NCBI RefSeq assembly: GCF_006345805.1
Contig: NC_043003.1
Coordinates: forward strand, 5,146,001 to 5,210,000
Source: Octopus sinensis
Lineage: Eukaryota
Direction of reading: 5' to 3'
DNA length: 64,000 nucleotides
Both the position numbers and the translations under genes were made by a program. Shown piece by piece: positions 14,306-27,797 of this stretch. The notes below the pieces were generated by a model. The model was not told where the DNA came from, did not search any database, and worked only from the letters and a program-made list of their open reading frames with translations. Every line of letters starts with the position of its first letter. The stretch's first letter is position 1.

Positions 14306-15300
14306 ATAAATATTAGGGAATAGTGGTTTTGTCTCTAATAATATTATATATATATATATATGTATATATCCGTGTGTGTATGCATATATATATGTGTGTG
14401 TGTATATGTATGTACGTATGTACATATGTATGTATATATATACACACATACATATACACGCATATGTACACTTGTAAATTGTACGCGTTTCGTATATTAA
14501 TAAACATCGATGACTCAATCACATTGTATCTAATTCTGATATTTGGCGATATTTTGTAAAATAGAATAAAATAATAACCAAAAATTAAAAAAAAAATATA
14601 TTGCTGCTGCTACAACAACAACAACAACAACAACAACTAATAATAATAATAATAGAATTAAACTACAAATAAAATAAAAAAAAAAGTACAAATATTAATT
14701 CTAGTTTAATCATTTCAAGCAAGTTAAGAGATTTGAAAATTTTCGGATAAAACTTAAAATTGTTGTTTTTCTCGTCGTCTTTTGTACATTTTTTGGCTTG
14801 TTTTTATTTTTCATTTTTCTCGTTTCTTTCTTCGTAATCTTACCTATATTGGTATATTTTAATATCGATAATGATTCGCTCGAAATCTTTTAATTTGATT
14901 AATTTCAAAAGAATATCTTTCAATATTCCGATCTCTCTACTTCGTTCGCTCCATCTTGGAGTTTCCATGCAGGCAGTTCTAAGGATTTTCTTGGCTGATT
15001 CTTCCATATATATGCAGTTCGAAAATTACAAATAGACCGGAAATCGAAACACAAAATAGATCCAGGAATGTGTACGTAGGTAGTAGGTAAGTAATTGCGT
15101 GTCTATATGTGTCTATATGTGTGTGTGTGTGTGTGTTCGCTACTTATTTATGTGTAATTGTTTTGTTTATTATTTACAAAATATTTTTAAATGTTTTAAT
15201 TTGTTATTATTTTCGATGTAATCATATTGATGGAATTCATAAATACGTCGTTGAAGAATGCAACAAATAATGTAATACATTGTCTGCTGGTGTGTGTGTG

Positions 15301-15391
<91 letters not shown>

Positions 15392-16312
15392 ATACATACA
15401 TGTGTATATACATGTGTATATACACACAATATCATCAGGTTTCAAAAGAAAACAAAATTGTGCCCGTACATACACATATGTGTATACATACATACACACT
15501 CTTATAAAGAGAGTCGGATTAAGCGAGACAGATCGCTTTGTATGTATACAGAATGCGCTGATACATACATACATACACACATACATACATACATTCATGC
15601 ATACATACATACATACATACATACATACATACATTGCATACGTACATACATACATATATTGCATACGTACATACATACATACATACATATACACACACAT
15701 ATGTATAGTCTTATATACATACTCATGTAAATACATATTTATCTATGCATGCTTGCGTATTTATATATATTCTTATTTATGTATGCATATATAGCAAAAG
15801 ACAGGGTGACAAAGATAGAGAGAGAGAGACAGACAGACAGACAGCGAGAGAGAGCGAGAGAGAGAGGGAAAGAGAGAGACGGTGAAAAGGTACATACGAA
15901 CAATGACACCAACAAACAAACACAAACACCGATCTTCCGAGGTCTGTAGTTCGTATTAATCTACCCATGTGTATATACTAATATGTAATCATAATATATT
16001 TCATATAACATTATGTAATAGCAGCTATGCGACTAAATGAAGCACATTTTACGATACAAATTCATCAATCTAATATCACCACGCTGCTATATTTATGATT
16101 TGGATTTCCTTTCAACAACTTAGTAATGCTAGAGATTATCTCAATTTGCTAAATCTATTGATAAACCAAAACCATCGCTAACTAACTCTTATCTCCAATG
16201 TATTATATCTTCCATTTGTCCACAGACGTCCTGCTAATTTCTTATTGTTCGTCTATCTTCTTCCTATTATATAGACGGTAAAATGTTCGAGTCGCTGCCA
16301 CTGGAGACATGC

Positions 16313-16313
<1 letters not shown>

Positions 16314-16390
<77 letters not shown>
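16314..16390. repeat. (TATC)n microsatellite
   Basis: Direct reading. Confidence 0.95.
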
Positions 16391-17371
16391 GTCTTTTTAT
16401 CTATCTCACTATTTTTCTTATTGTCTATCCATGTATCTCTCTCTCTATCTAACTATTTAACTATCTAACTTTACCCACATCCGGCAACTACCATATTCCC
16501 CAGATCTTACTCTTGAAACTTCTCAAAAATCAATTCCCTCTTGAAAGTGATGTGACGTGAGTATACTGAAAAAAAAAGGGTTCCCAAAATGCTTCCATTG
16601 AATAAAGGGTGTGGCTTCAAAAGGGGCTACTTCGAAGGGAATTAAATGTCGAATTTACATGTGTTGTAATACATCTTTAGAATACACATGCCGATGCTTT
16701 TTGATCAGACCACATATATATCTGTATCAGTAATTGTCTTAAGGGATCTGGAGATACGTAACTTCCTTATTAACAAAGATTTAGAGATAGAGGCGTAAGA
16801 GTCCATCTCAAATTGAATCCAAGTTTCTTGATGTTTTTGCATAGATGTAGAGCGATTTACAATAGCTGTGATATTCGTTCGAATTGACTATGCTGTATTT
16901 TTCTAAACAATATTATAAATATCATCAAATACGATTTAAGATCGGTTTTCAGTGACCTGATCTGTCTAACTGTACAATTACCAACAAATATTGGTTTGTA
17001 ATTTTTAATCGATACCAAAGAACTTGTTGAGTGACTGAATTTTTAAACAATTAAATTGTAGCTATACAATTGACCAGCTTAATTAAGAAATATATGTAAA
17101 CGATTAGTACACCCTTGATTGCTGGAGAGGCTCTTTCAGCAAAGGATTTTGTGGCCGTAATCACCTCACATACCTTTCTTTTAACCATTTGTGTGGCTTC
17201 ACAAATATTTTATTTCATTACTGAACGACCTCTATGTTATTCGGTAATGCACTGTACACCGTGTTATTGTGAATGGCGCATTTGAGGGAATGCATACATA
17301 CATATATATATTTCAATCTGTCTATCTACCTGCCGGTCTGCCTTTGAATCTACATAAATATTTCCATATAT

Positions 17372-17599
17372 ATTTTTTACTACCCACAAGGGGCTAAACA
17401 CAGAGGGGACAAGCAAGGAAAGACAAACGGATTAAGTCGATTACATTGACCCAGTGCGTAACTGGTACTTAATTTATCGACCCCGGAAGGATGAAAGGCA
17501 AAGTCGACCTCGGCGGAATTTGAACTCAGAACGTAACAGCAGGCGAAATAAGGCTATGCATTTCGCCCGGCGTGCTAACGGTTCTGCCAGCTCGCCGCC
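17372..17599 (-). mobile_element. tRNA-derived SINE family B, full length
   Basis: Reverse complement begins GGCGGCGAGCTGGCAGAACCGTTAGCACGCC with B-box-like GAGTTCAAATTCC; homologous to 49385-49614 and 63154-63348. Confidence 0.9.
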
Positions 17600-17960
17600 T
17601 TTCATCTATTTCCATATATGTCTTTATATGCATTTATAGATAGACGCAAACATATTAGCACACCGCACACACATATACAAATTCACACACATATCGAAGT
17701 ATGTACCTATAAAATTCATACGGAACGCCGCAGATATGTTTATCGTGTAAAAGTGAATTCATTAACATTGTTGACAAACGTAAAGAAAGTTTTAAATTCT
17801 GATAAAGATTTGACATTTTGAGAAAACATTACTCATTTAGTAGGACACGTACATTCAGACACATAAATATGTTCTTGTACGTTTGCGTGCACATATACAT
17901 AACTATAAGCATATATATTATGTATATCATATATAAATATAAATGTATGTTCGTATATTA

Positions 17961-18006
<46 letters not shown>

Positions 18007-18717
18007 GCCTATGTAGTTGTAAATATGTAATGTATATGCAAGCACACATAGCAATACATAATATACTGGTGAGAGAAAAATATGGACGAATTGGAGGAAT
18101 AGTAATTAACTACTATTCAGATAATCAAATGGGATCAGAATAACTAAATAAATTCATAAATAAATTAATGTACCAATCTGAGGCTGTCACAAAATGTCAG
18201 CCCCTGTGAAGCCCACTCCACTCTTGTCAGCAACGTTAACAAATGGATTTTGTTTACCATATCAAAGTTTCCGGGAAGTAACAATCTGCTAGATGAGTCT
18301 TTAGTAATTCTGTTTCCGAATTTGTCAAAACGGGAATATTTGGTGTTTCAAAATAAATGTAATGAGTTTTCATTAAAATATATCCCCAAATCTATTTACT
18401 ACGTTATTATACAAACAATTCTATATAACATAGCCATTGCTATTAGATAATATTAAAGAATAATAACATTATTGAAAAAAGAATTCGTTTATATAATATA
18501 TTTATATTCACTTATGTGACAGGGTTTACATATCAGTGGCCACTCATATTTAATAGAAAGTACAACTGCAACACCTTCAAATCATGCTATACAGTCTTCA
18601 ATAAAGGAAAGGTGCATAATATAATATAGAATTACAGACCCCTGCAAACACATACGGTATATTGGGCCATAATCTATATGGATCTGAATAGATCGACGGC
18701 AAAACATGAGCAATAAC

Positions 18718-18897
18718 ATTTTCTACTTTAGGTACAAGGCCCGACATTTTGGGGGAGGGGCCAGTCGATTAGATCAACCCCAGTTCGCAACCGGTACTTA
18801 ATTTATCGACCCCAAAAGGATGAAAAGCAAAGTCGACGTTGGTGAATTGAACTCAGAACATAAGCAATTCGCCCAACGATTCTGCCAGCTCGCCGTC
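18718..18897 (-). mobile_element. SINE family B, internally deleted
   Basis: Same core GGTACTTAATTTATCGACCCC...CTGCCAGCTCGCCG. Confidence 0.8.
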
Positions 18898-19529
18898 TTT
18901 AATAGTGCCACAACGACAATAGCATGAGTCTATCGATCAGTAGAGTATAGGGGATTGATCACATGATCAGTAAATCTTGTATGATATTGACTTTTCTTTT
19001 GTTTATGGAGACAGTGAAGAGTAAGAAAATAAAATCATTGGTGGAACGGTCAGTATGTCTTGCATTTACTTGTCACTTTGCATTTTGTGTTCAATCCCAG
19101 CCGATTCTATCATTAATTCTCTGCGACCCTTTAAAATCAGATCCAATCAAATGTTTAGGTCATCTACTGGAATCTAAACTCTCTCAAATCCGTTGCAATC
19201 TTTATCTTGGCAATAATCATTGAGTTGTAGACTTGAGTGTTTATCAGAGTTTAACACCGTCACTTGGAATTTGGATAACTTCAACACAGGCCATTGCTTT
19301 GCAAGCATTGTGGTCGTCTACGAATATTATAATCACAACCATTATTATTATTATTATTATTTTCCCTTCTTTCTTCAAATTTTCTTCCGTTTCTCGCCGA
19401 GTGTTTTCCGTACACGTAGGGCAGAGACGCTCATTGTATGCATTCAGATTACACACGCAAATTTACAGGTAAAACATTAAAAAAATTAATGAATAAATAA
19501 ATTCATGGATGGATGTTGTTTTCACAGCG

Positions 19530-19800
19530 ATAATGCTCTTCGCAATACATGAGCCGTTCCAATCAACACGATTTTTTGCACTTCCTGTAGCCTGGTATTA
19601 TTTTCAAATACGTTTCAGCACCTTTTTTGTATCATTCCTAGATATTCCACAATCACTGGTACTGTAGTCGCCCTGAGATGCCATATTTTTTTCATTTTCC
19701 ATTAGCAAGTCCTTATATTTACTAATCTTGTCAAATTCTTTTGCTGCTATATTGTGATCGCAAGATGAGACATATATAACTGTTACAGGCATATATACTT
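19530..19800 (-). mobile_element. R4/Dong-like (RLE) LINE 3' fragment
   Basis: AAKEFDKISKYKDLLME matches the KExEKIxKYxDL region seen intact at 43056-43286. Confidence 0.6.
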
Positions 19801-21106
19801 GAGTGGAGTTATGGCCGATTGGTAATCGCTATTTGTTTCCATTCTTCTGTCAGAACAGACATTAATTTCAATATATCTGTTGCGGTGTCAATGGCAGATG
19901 ATTCTAGAACTGTGGCGGTGGTGGTGGTTTCCTTCCCATCCAGAGCAAGGGAAAGAATAACGCGACAATGCAACAGTAATTACAACGTTGCAATTCTGAC
20001 AATATTCTAAAGTATTGTCTCTATATTATCGTTGATCTTGCTAGAAATGACAGTCAAAATCTCCAAGATCGCGTATTAATAACATAAAATACGAAGGGTA
20101 CATTATTGAATAGTATAAATTTAAATTTTGATATATACTATTAAGTCACGGCTGGAACGCTTTTCAGCGAATTTCTGCTCAACCAGTTAGAATGTGACGT
20201 GAAAAACATTTCAAACGGGAACTTTTACACAGGTGTTGGATTTACAAGGAATAGCAGCTAAAAATACTTGAAATCACATTAGAAGACATATTTGATGTGA
20301 ATCAAGCAATTAGTGGTATTATGGCTCAGATTAGATTGATCAAAATATGTTGAGTTCATCACGTGGCCAAAACGTTTATGTATTTGTTTGCGCGGCCCTT
20401 GTAAGCCAATCAGTTTGTACTCAAGTTTCGAGTGATGTCTTCAGGCGTCAACATTTTTGCCATCATCGATAAGATGGATAACAATGAAAACGTGAGTCGC
20501 AAAGAATGAATCACCAGATTTACACAAATGACAAAATCGAGTCAACATTTATCTATGACTATTTATTTTAGTTCTTATTAAATTTTTTGTGAAATTGACC
20601 CGTTCTTACTTAGAATTATTTTGTCGTTTTCTTTGAAAGTTGTTAAAAATTGCTGGAAGAATTTTGTAAGAGGTAAATTTGAAGTGAGAATTTTAATAGC
20701 AAGTCCCTTCGTAGCAGAAGAGAGATTATTACATTTGTGTCGCATATTCTAAATGATCGATTCCACGTTCTACATACAGTTATACGCAAATATATTTTTA
20801 ACCTAGTTTTTGTGTAACGAAGCAATAATCAGGAATGCTGTTAGATTAATTCTTCAGTGAACCAATTTCCTTTAATTCTGTTCCTTTATACAAGAGTCTT
20901 CTATTTTTATAATACATGCTTTAAAATTTGCCGACTTGCGATGCATTAAAACTAAAAATTCGATTAATTTTCTTAAGATGTGAATTTTAGACAATGGAAT
21001 TCTATCAAAAAAATGAAATAAAATTACATGTTTGAAAATATTTTCCCATCATAATCAATAATACTGACTGTTAATCACATTTGAAATTTAAATAACCTTT
21101 AGCCCT

Positions 21107-21223
21107 TTTTCCACTTCCCTGTAACTCATCGATAAACAAAATGTGTTGCAAACCTGTTCTCCCACAAAACTAATGACATTCGCAGAGATTTTGCAGTCTT
21201 TTAGCTTTAATACCATTTTTCCT
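21107..21223 (+). repeat. 117 bp dispersed repeat identical to 57714-57830
   Basis: Base-by-base comparison shows no mismatch. Confidence 0.9.
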
Positions 21224-21561
21224 AAATTTCCTTAACAAATTTGCAATATTTTCCAGAACTGAAGGGAATAGATGAACTATATCTAAATGATGTTCAGTAT
21301 TGACTTGTGTTTCTCCGTCTTGTTGGGATCTGCTTCAGATTTTTGTTGCTACAGGATTGCTCTCATAGTCAAGGGTTGCCTTGATTATAACACTTAGAAT
21401 TTAAAAAAAAAAGGAAAGTCGCTTAATATACACAAACACACACACTCTCTGTCTCTCTCTCTCTGTCAATCAGTTCCTATATGCGTATGCAAGTGTACAT
21501 ATAAAAGTATGTATGTATAAACATATGTATATGTATGGTTATATCTATCTATATATATATA

Positions 21562-21814
21562 TTTCGTTTTTGGATTTGGTTTGCAAGATTCTTTTGTGCC
21601 TTAAAATTTAACACACACACCGGTAAAATTTCCACTTTTTTTCTTATTTTTATTGTCCTAAAATTTTCGTTGCGTCTTGCAACCTTTTCAAATTTTTGAC
21701 TGTCCGTTATTTACACAATTTTAAGACAATAAAAATAAGAAAAAAATGGAAATTTTACCGGTAAGTGTGTTACGTAATAAGGCGCAAAAAGAAAATGACT
21801 CTCCCCAGACAACA

Positions 21815-21817
<3 letters not shown>
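21562..21817. mobile_element. PLE pLTR-like repeat family D with internal inversion
   Basis: Homologous to 33095-33300 and 35083-35245; arms 21619-21665 and 21717-21762 are inverted. Confidence 0.75.
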
Positions 21818-21869
<52 letters not shown>

Positions 21870-22283
21870 TACACATATATACATGTGTGCACGTGCATAC
21901 GTGCGTGCATGTATGAATGCATCCATGAAATGCGTATATATATATATACTCACTTTCCTCCAGCATGGTCATTACATTGCGGAAATTATCTCCCTTTTTC
22001 ACTCAACTACTATAACAATCACCGCTAGTTGTCAGTTTACCATTTCTATCTAAGTGATAGAAATTTTTTATAATTTCGTATATATTACGCACGTCATCCG
22101 GCATTTGGTACCAGATCTCTTTACACACACACACAATCTATTGATGTACCTTCGTTGGAGTAACTGATACCCACAGAGAGAGTATCTCTTGTTTGCCATG
22201 TTTCCAGTTACGAAAGCACAATATCATCAGGTTTGAAAAGAGAAAATTGCTCCCGTATATAGATATATATATATGCAAATATA

Positions 22284-22520
22284 ATATGTGACAATTATTC
22301 GGTAGCCATGATAAAACTCTGAGTTTCGGATGCCGAGGTGGAAATCCACACCACCATCTCTTCAGCCCGATAATTGAAGAGATGGTGGTGTGGATTTCAA
22401 CCTCGGCATCCGAAACTCAGAATTTTATCATGGCTACCGAATAATTGTCACATATATTTACAGATAAATTCCTCTATTTACATAATATTGAGGTCTCTTT
22501 CTTTCTTTTGTTATCTTACC
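22284..22520. mobile_element. PLE pLTR-like repeat family E, inverted pair (81 bp arms)
   Basis: 22284-22364 pairs with 22375-22455 at 79/81; each arm contains a hammerhead motif. Confidence 0.8.
22369..22429 (+). ncRNA. Type I hammerhead ribozyme motif, degenerate (U3, damaged stem III)
   Basis: Stem I GAUAA/UUAUC, core UUGAAGA 22374-22380, extended stem II, GAAA 22412-22415. Confidence 0.55.
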
Positions 22521-22551
22521 GATTTTACCAATACATATATATATATGTGTG

Positions 22552-22620
<69 letters not shown>

Positions 22621-22774
22621 GCACACACACACACACATGTTCAAATTTACAGAAAAAAAAAACAGGTGTAGGAACAACAAGCATGCGTATTATTTTAACT
22701 TTGGGAAAGATGGAAAAGACTTTTACGTTTTGGGCCTACTCTATATACATATTCCCTACACATTATATATTCTA

Positions 22775-22837
<63 letters not shown>

Positions 22838-23121
22838 TACATATGTATTTATGTGTGTAGGTATATGTATGTACGCATATGAGCAAACATGCATGTGGCA
22901 ACTCAGTATTATTGTCATATGATTCTTTGTGTTCTTGTCTTTAACTTCTGAACATTTCCTGTAAACCATATGTTGTAATCTATTCACTGCTTGTGCTTTT
23001 TCTGTAAGGACTTAAATTATATAGTCTTGTACTGTATCATTTAGCAATAGGCGAAGATATTACATACATATATCTATATCTATCTATGTATCTGCATACA
23101 TACATATGTACGGATGAATGT

Positions 23122-23160
<39 letters not shown>

Positions 23161-23620
23161 TGTATTTAAAATGATATCGCCACATGTATGGCTGACATTT
23201 GATAATATGGTTGATAGCAATGCAGTTGAAATAGAGTTCCTGGTCGCTAATTTTAACCATATTACAACATATAGCGTCATCATTGCGTGTATAAACAAAC
23301 GTAAAACGTAAGTATATCTGTTAGATATTTACTGTGCAAGATGGTGCAAATTCAAGATGGCGAAGATAACAACGTCACCAAACCGTTCATTACTACTCTT
23401 TTACAGTGGATAATATTCCAAGATTAGCAGAATTCAATTTTGTTATTCCAAAACTGCTATTGAAATGTTATAAGTGTTCAAAGATCTTGTGATTTGTCTA
23501 CTGCTATTTAATAGAAATGGTCATACCTATATCTGACGGTTGACATACAAAATGTAAGACATCTTGTATGCAACCAGGGATTCACTAAAAGTACTCTACT
23601 TATAATATCAATTTATTTAA

Positions 23621-23846
23621 TCTTTTCTACTAGTGGCATAAGGCCAGAAATTTTTTTGGGAGGGCACCATTCGATTAGATCGACCGCAGTACACAACTGA
23701 TACTTAAATTATCGACGCTGAAATGATAAAAGGCAATGTCGACCTCGGCAGATTTTGAACTCAGAATGTAAAAACAGACGAAATACCGCTAAGCATTTCG
23801 CCCGGTGTGCTAATATTTCTTATTTCTTTACTTCCAGCTTGCCGCC
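23621..23846 (-). mobile_element. SINE family B
   Basis: Homology to 17372-17599. Confidence 0.8.
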
Positions 23847-24278
23847 GTATATTAACTTATTTAATGCCAGATCTTTTGATTAGCGAACAGATACATGGCC
23901 ACTGGACATGCTAAAAATAACAACCGTATCTCTCAAAAATATTTTGTTGAAAATAAATTTAAAATTTCGGAGCGCAGAGTGGCATAGCTTAGCAAATTTT
24001 CCTGTCTGTTTTGGTAATTACACGTGAATAACTTCACAGTTGTATATAGCCTCTACAGGGTCAGTAGAAGTGCGAGAAAGAAGTACGAAATGCTTATTAA
24101 ATGGCACGTTTCCGGCTTTTAAAATAATAGCGGAAAATATTTTAGATAATATTTCTTCGAAAGAATGTGACTTAATCACAATAAAATCACGTGGTTTCCA
24201 GCTGGTTTGACTTTGATAATAGGTGTAATCCATCATGACTGACTTGATGACCTGAAGCTAAAGAGCAACAGTTTATAT

Positions 24279-24333
<55 letters not shown>

Positions 24334-24651
24334 ATAAATTCAGGGTGAATACTTGGTAAATGTAAGCACCTATATATATATATATATATATATGTTTATA
24401 TATATATATATATATGCAGCACGGAGTTGTCTCAGTGAACAGGTCGCGGTCTCAAAGCGACCATAATGTATTGCCAATTTAAATTTAAATGTTAAAATGA
24501 ATCTAACGGCTTTTGTGCGTTTCTTAAATGGCTTATAGAAACCTTCCGCGCTGAAAATGTTTTCGTTCCAGCACACACGATCTCAGATCAGGTAACTTGG
24601 TATGCATGTACCACTGTGTGGTGTGTAATATATATAATATATATAATATAT

Positions 24652-24696
<45 letters not shown>

Positions 24697-24699
<3 letters not shown>

Positions 24700-25800
24700 A
24701 TGTCACAAACTTAGTGATTTCGGCATATTTGGAAAATTGGGAGAATGGCTTCATGACTTTCTGAAGGATACAAGTCAGGTGATAGTAGCCAATGAGGTCA
24801 CCTCCAATGACATGCAAATAGTATGCGGTGTTCCGCAAGGCTCTGATTTGAGACCACTACTGTTCATAATGGCAAATCAGATATGCCCTCAGCTACACAG
24901 AGAGCTACGATCACAAGTTATGCAGATGATACAAAAGTCTCACAGGTGATACAGAACCCTGAAGACACTATGCACCTGCAATGTGAGCTGGATGAAATAT
25001 AAAAGTGGGCTGAAAAGAATAGCATGCAGTTCAATGCTGAAAAGTTTCAAGCCTTGTGCTGTCAGCATGCAAATCTAAATGTAATACCAATTAAATATAC
25101 AGAACACGAAGGGATTGCAATCCCAGAGCCAAAGTCAGTGCGAGACCTGGGCATTTACATGAGTAATTATGCGTCCTTCCATATGCATGTTACTAAATTG
25201 GCAATGAAATGCAGGCAGCTGGCAGGATGGATTCTTAGCACATTTAGAAAGAGAGATTGGGAAACCATGATGGTCCTCTGGAGGACAATTGTGCTAAGGC
25301 TGTTTGGCTATTGCCCTCAGCTATGGTCACCATCCAGTGTCAAATTAATCTATGCAGCATTTAAGCTATTGGGAAAGAATCAAGAGATTAAGACTCTATT
25401 CTTTAAAGCATAGGCGAGAAAGATATAACATAATATCGAGCTGGAAGATCCTGGACGAACTTGTCCCAAACTTCGGCATCGAGATTTAGACAAATACTAG
25501 AACAGGGCGCCACTGCACAGAGCCAATGACTCCAAATTTACCATCAAGATATAGGACAAGCTACTGCAACAGCCTGGGATTCAGAGGACCATAGCTTTTC
25601 AATATCTCCCTGAAGGACCTGAGAGACCTGTATAGGTGGATGTAAGTGTCTTCAAAATGAAACTGGACCTCTTACTGCCAAGTGTCCCAGATGAACCAAC
25701 TCCACAGCAGGAGGGGCAGATGAGAGCAGCGGCATCAAATACCCTCATGTACCAAATGTCAATTTCTAAAAAGAATTAGTGAAGTGCAATTGTGTAGCAA
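24697..25800 (+). mobile_element. CR1-group LINE, 5'-truncated RT and 3' region
   Basis: GIFGKLGEWLHDFL, CGVPQGSDLRPLLF, SYADDTK (shifted frame), MQFNAEKF, SVRDLGI, GYCPQLWSP; frameshifts and stops. Confidence 0.9.
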
Positions 25801-25864
25801 CACCAATTGGCGGTGCTGCAGCATGGCCACAACTCATGAGATGAGACTAGATCGAATCAAATCA

Positions 25865-25908
<44 letters not shown>

Positions 25909-25910
<2 letters not shown>

Positions 25911-26118
25911 CGGGAAGGTTTACGAAAATAAACAAAAGACGAAGGCAGGTGGAGTACAAACAAACAATGTATTAGTATGGCGCTCAGGAATAGAAATAGA
26001 ACAAGTCTTTTACGTTTCGAGCCTACGCTCTTCAACAGAAAGATACACAGAAAAGAAACAAGGAGAGAAACAAGGAGAGAGAAAAATTGCGTGTAGAGGC
26101 TAACGATCCAACATGGCG
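25909..26118 (-). mobile_element. PLE pLTR-like repeat family A (hammerhead-like)
   Basis: One of five homologous copies of about 200 bp; abuts (TA)n. Confidence 0.8.
26006..26043 (-). ncRNA. Minimal type I hammerhead-like motif, A6U variant
   Basis: UCUUU CUGUUGA A GAGC-GUAG-GCUC GAAA CG UA AAAGA. Confidence 0.55.
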
Positions 26119-26162
26119 TTATATGCATGCATACGTACATATTCTTTATACGTATGCATATG

Positions 26163-26207
<45 letters not shown>

Positions 26208-26481
26208 ACGTATATATATACAGTTGTAAATTGTATAACACATCTGTGACTACTACTACTACTAATACTACTACATAAACCTGAGGACTGCATAGTTTAA
26301 TGCATGAAAGTACTAGTTCAGTCAGAATGGACCTTTAATCTTCTATCATTTCATTATATTATATCATCTTATATTATAAGATTGTGAATAATACCTGCAA
26401 ATCAAAATTGGAATTTCTTGAGTAACAAATTCTTTATACACAATCATACAACTTGTGTGTATGTGTAAGTATATATATATA

Positions 26482-26553
<72 letters not shown>

Positions 26554-26574
26554 ATATATATATATATAATATAC

Positions 26575-26611
<37 letters not shown>

Positions 26612-26612
26612 A

Positions 26613-26750
<138 letters not shown>

Positions 26751-27001
26751 ATAGATATGTGCATACATACGTACATACATACATACATACATCCGTACAT
26801 ACATAATCTTTATATATATATGTATATAATAGTTTGAATAAGGAAAGGAGAAGACAACTTGACATTACAATTTTTTCCTTAAATGGACGATATCATTTAT
26901 TCCATCTCACACAATGTCATTTAATATATTAATATACAAGAATATGTCATACTGATCCTAAAATTCTATAGTGATAATAATCCTATATAAACAAAATAGT
27001 C

Positions 27002-27058
<57 letters not shown>

Positions 27059-27112
27059 CGCGGCGCGTGTGTGTACGTACTTCTTAAAAGCTATGAAACA
27101 ACTGAAGAACAT

Positions 27113-27230
27113 TCTCTCTTACTCTATGCACAAGACCCGAAATTTTGTGAGAGGGGGCCAGTCGATTAGATCGACCCCAATATGCAGCTGCTACTTAACT
27201 TAATGACCCCGAAAGGATGAAAGGAGAAGT
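27113..27230 (-). mobile_element. SINE family B fragment
   Basis: GGGGCCAGTCGATTAGATCGACCCC...GACCCCGAAAGGATGAAAGG. Confidence 0.7.
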
Positions 27231-27736
27231 GTGTAAAGACAAACGAAACAACTGCAGAATTTTGTTGCAATCGCTTGCTCAGTGTTACTCGTAACAGGAT
27301 CGAACCCAGAAATCGTGATTGCGAAGTGATTTTCTAAACCATCCAGTCATGCGTACTCCCCTATATTTCTCTGTTTTTGTGCACAGAAGTGTGAATTTCT
27401 ATTTGTGTAGAGTGAAGTGAGAGAGAGATAGAGGGAGAGAGAGAAAGAGAGAGAAAGAGAAAGAGAGAGAGAAGGATTAGGGTAGGGGGGAGATGTTGGC
27501 ACACATTGTTATTCGATACCAATTGTGAGGAAGAGACTACTTTCATCTTTCATTTAGAACATAATTCCTGACAAACAGAAGAGGAGAAAAAAATGAAACT
27601 ATTCAGAATTGAAAAACGACGAAAAAAAAAAAAAAAAATAGTAAAAATAACACAAGAAGATATAATGAAAACAACAATATCCAGAAAAATATCCTCCAGC
27701 TCAGTATATATCACCGTTGTTACCTGCTATTTTGCG

Positions 27737-27797
<61 letters not shown>

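Noticed and set aside
20418-20449. Minus-strand CUGAAGA...GAAACUU hammerhead-like string
   Set aside because: The 8 nt between the core halves cannot form stem II and stem I has only one pair; at best a decayed copy.
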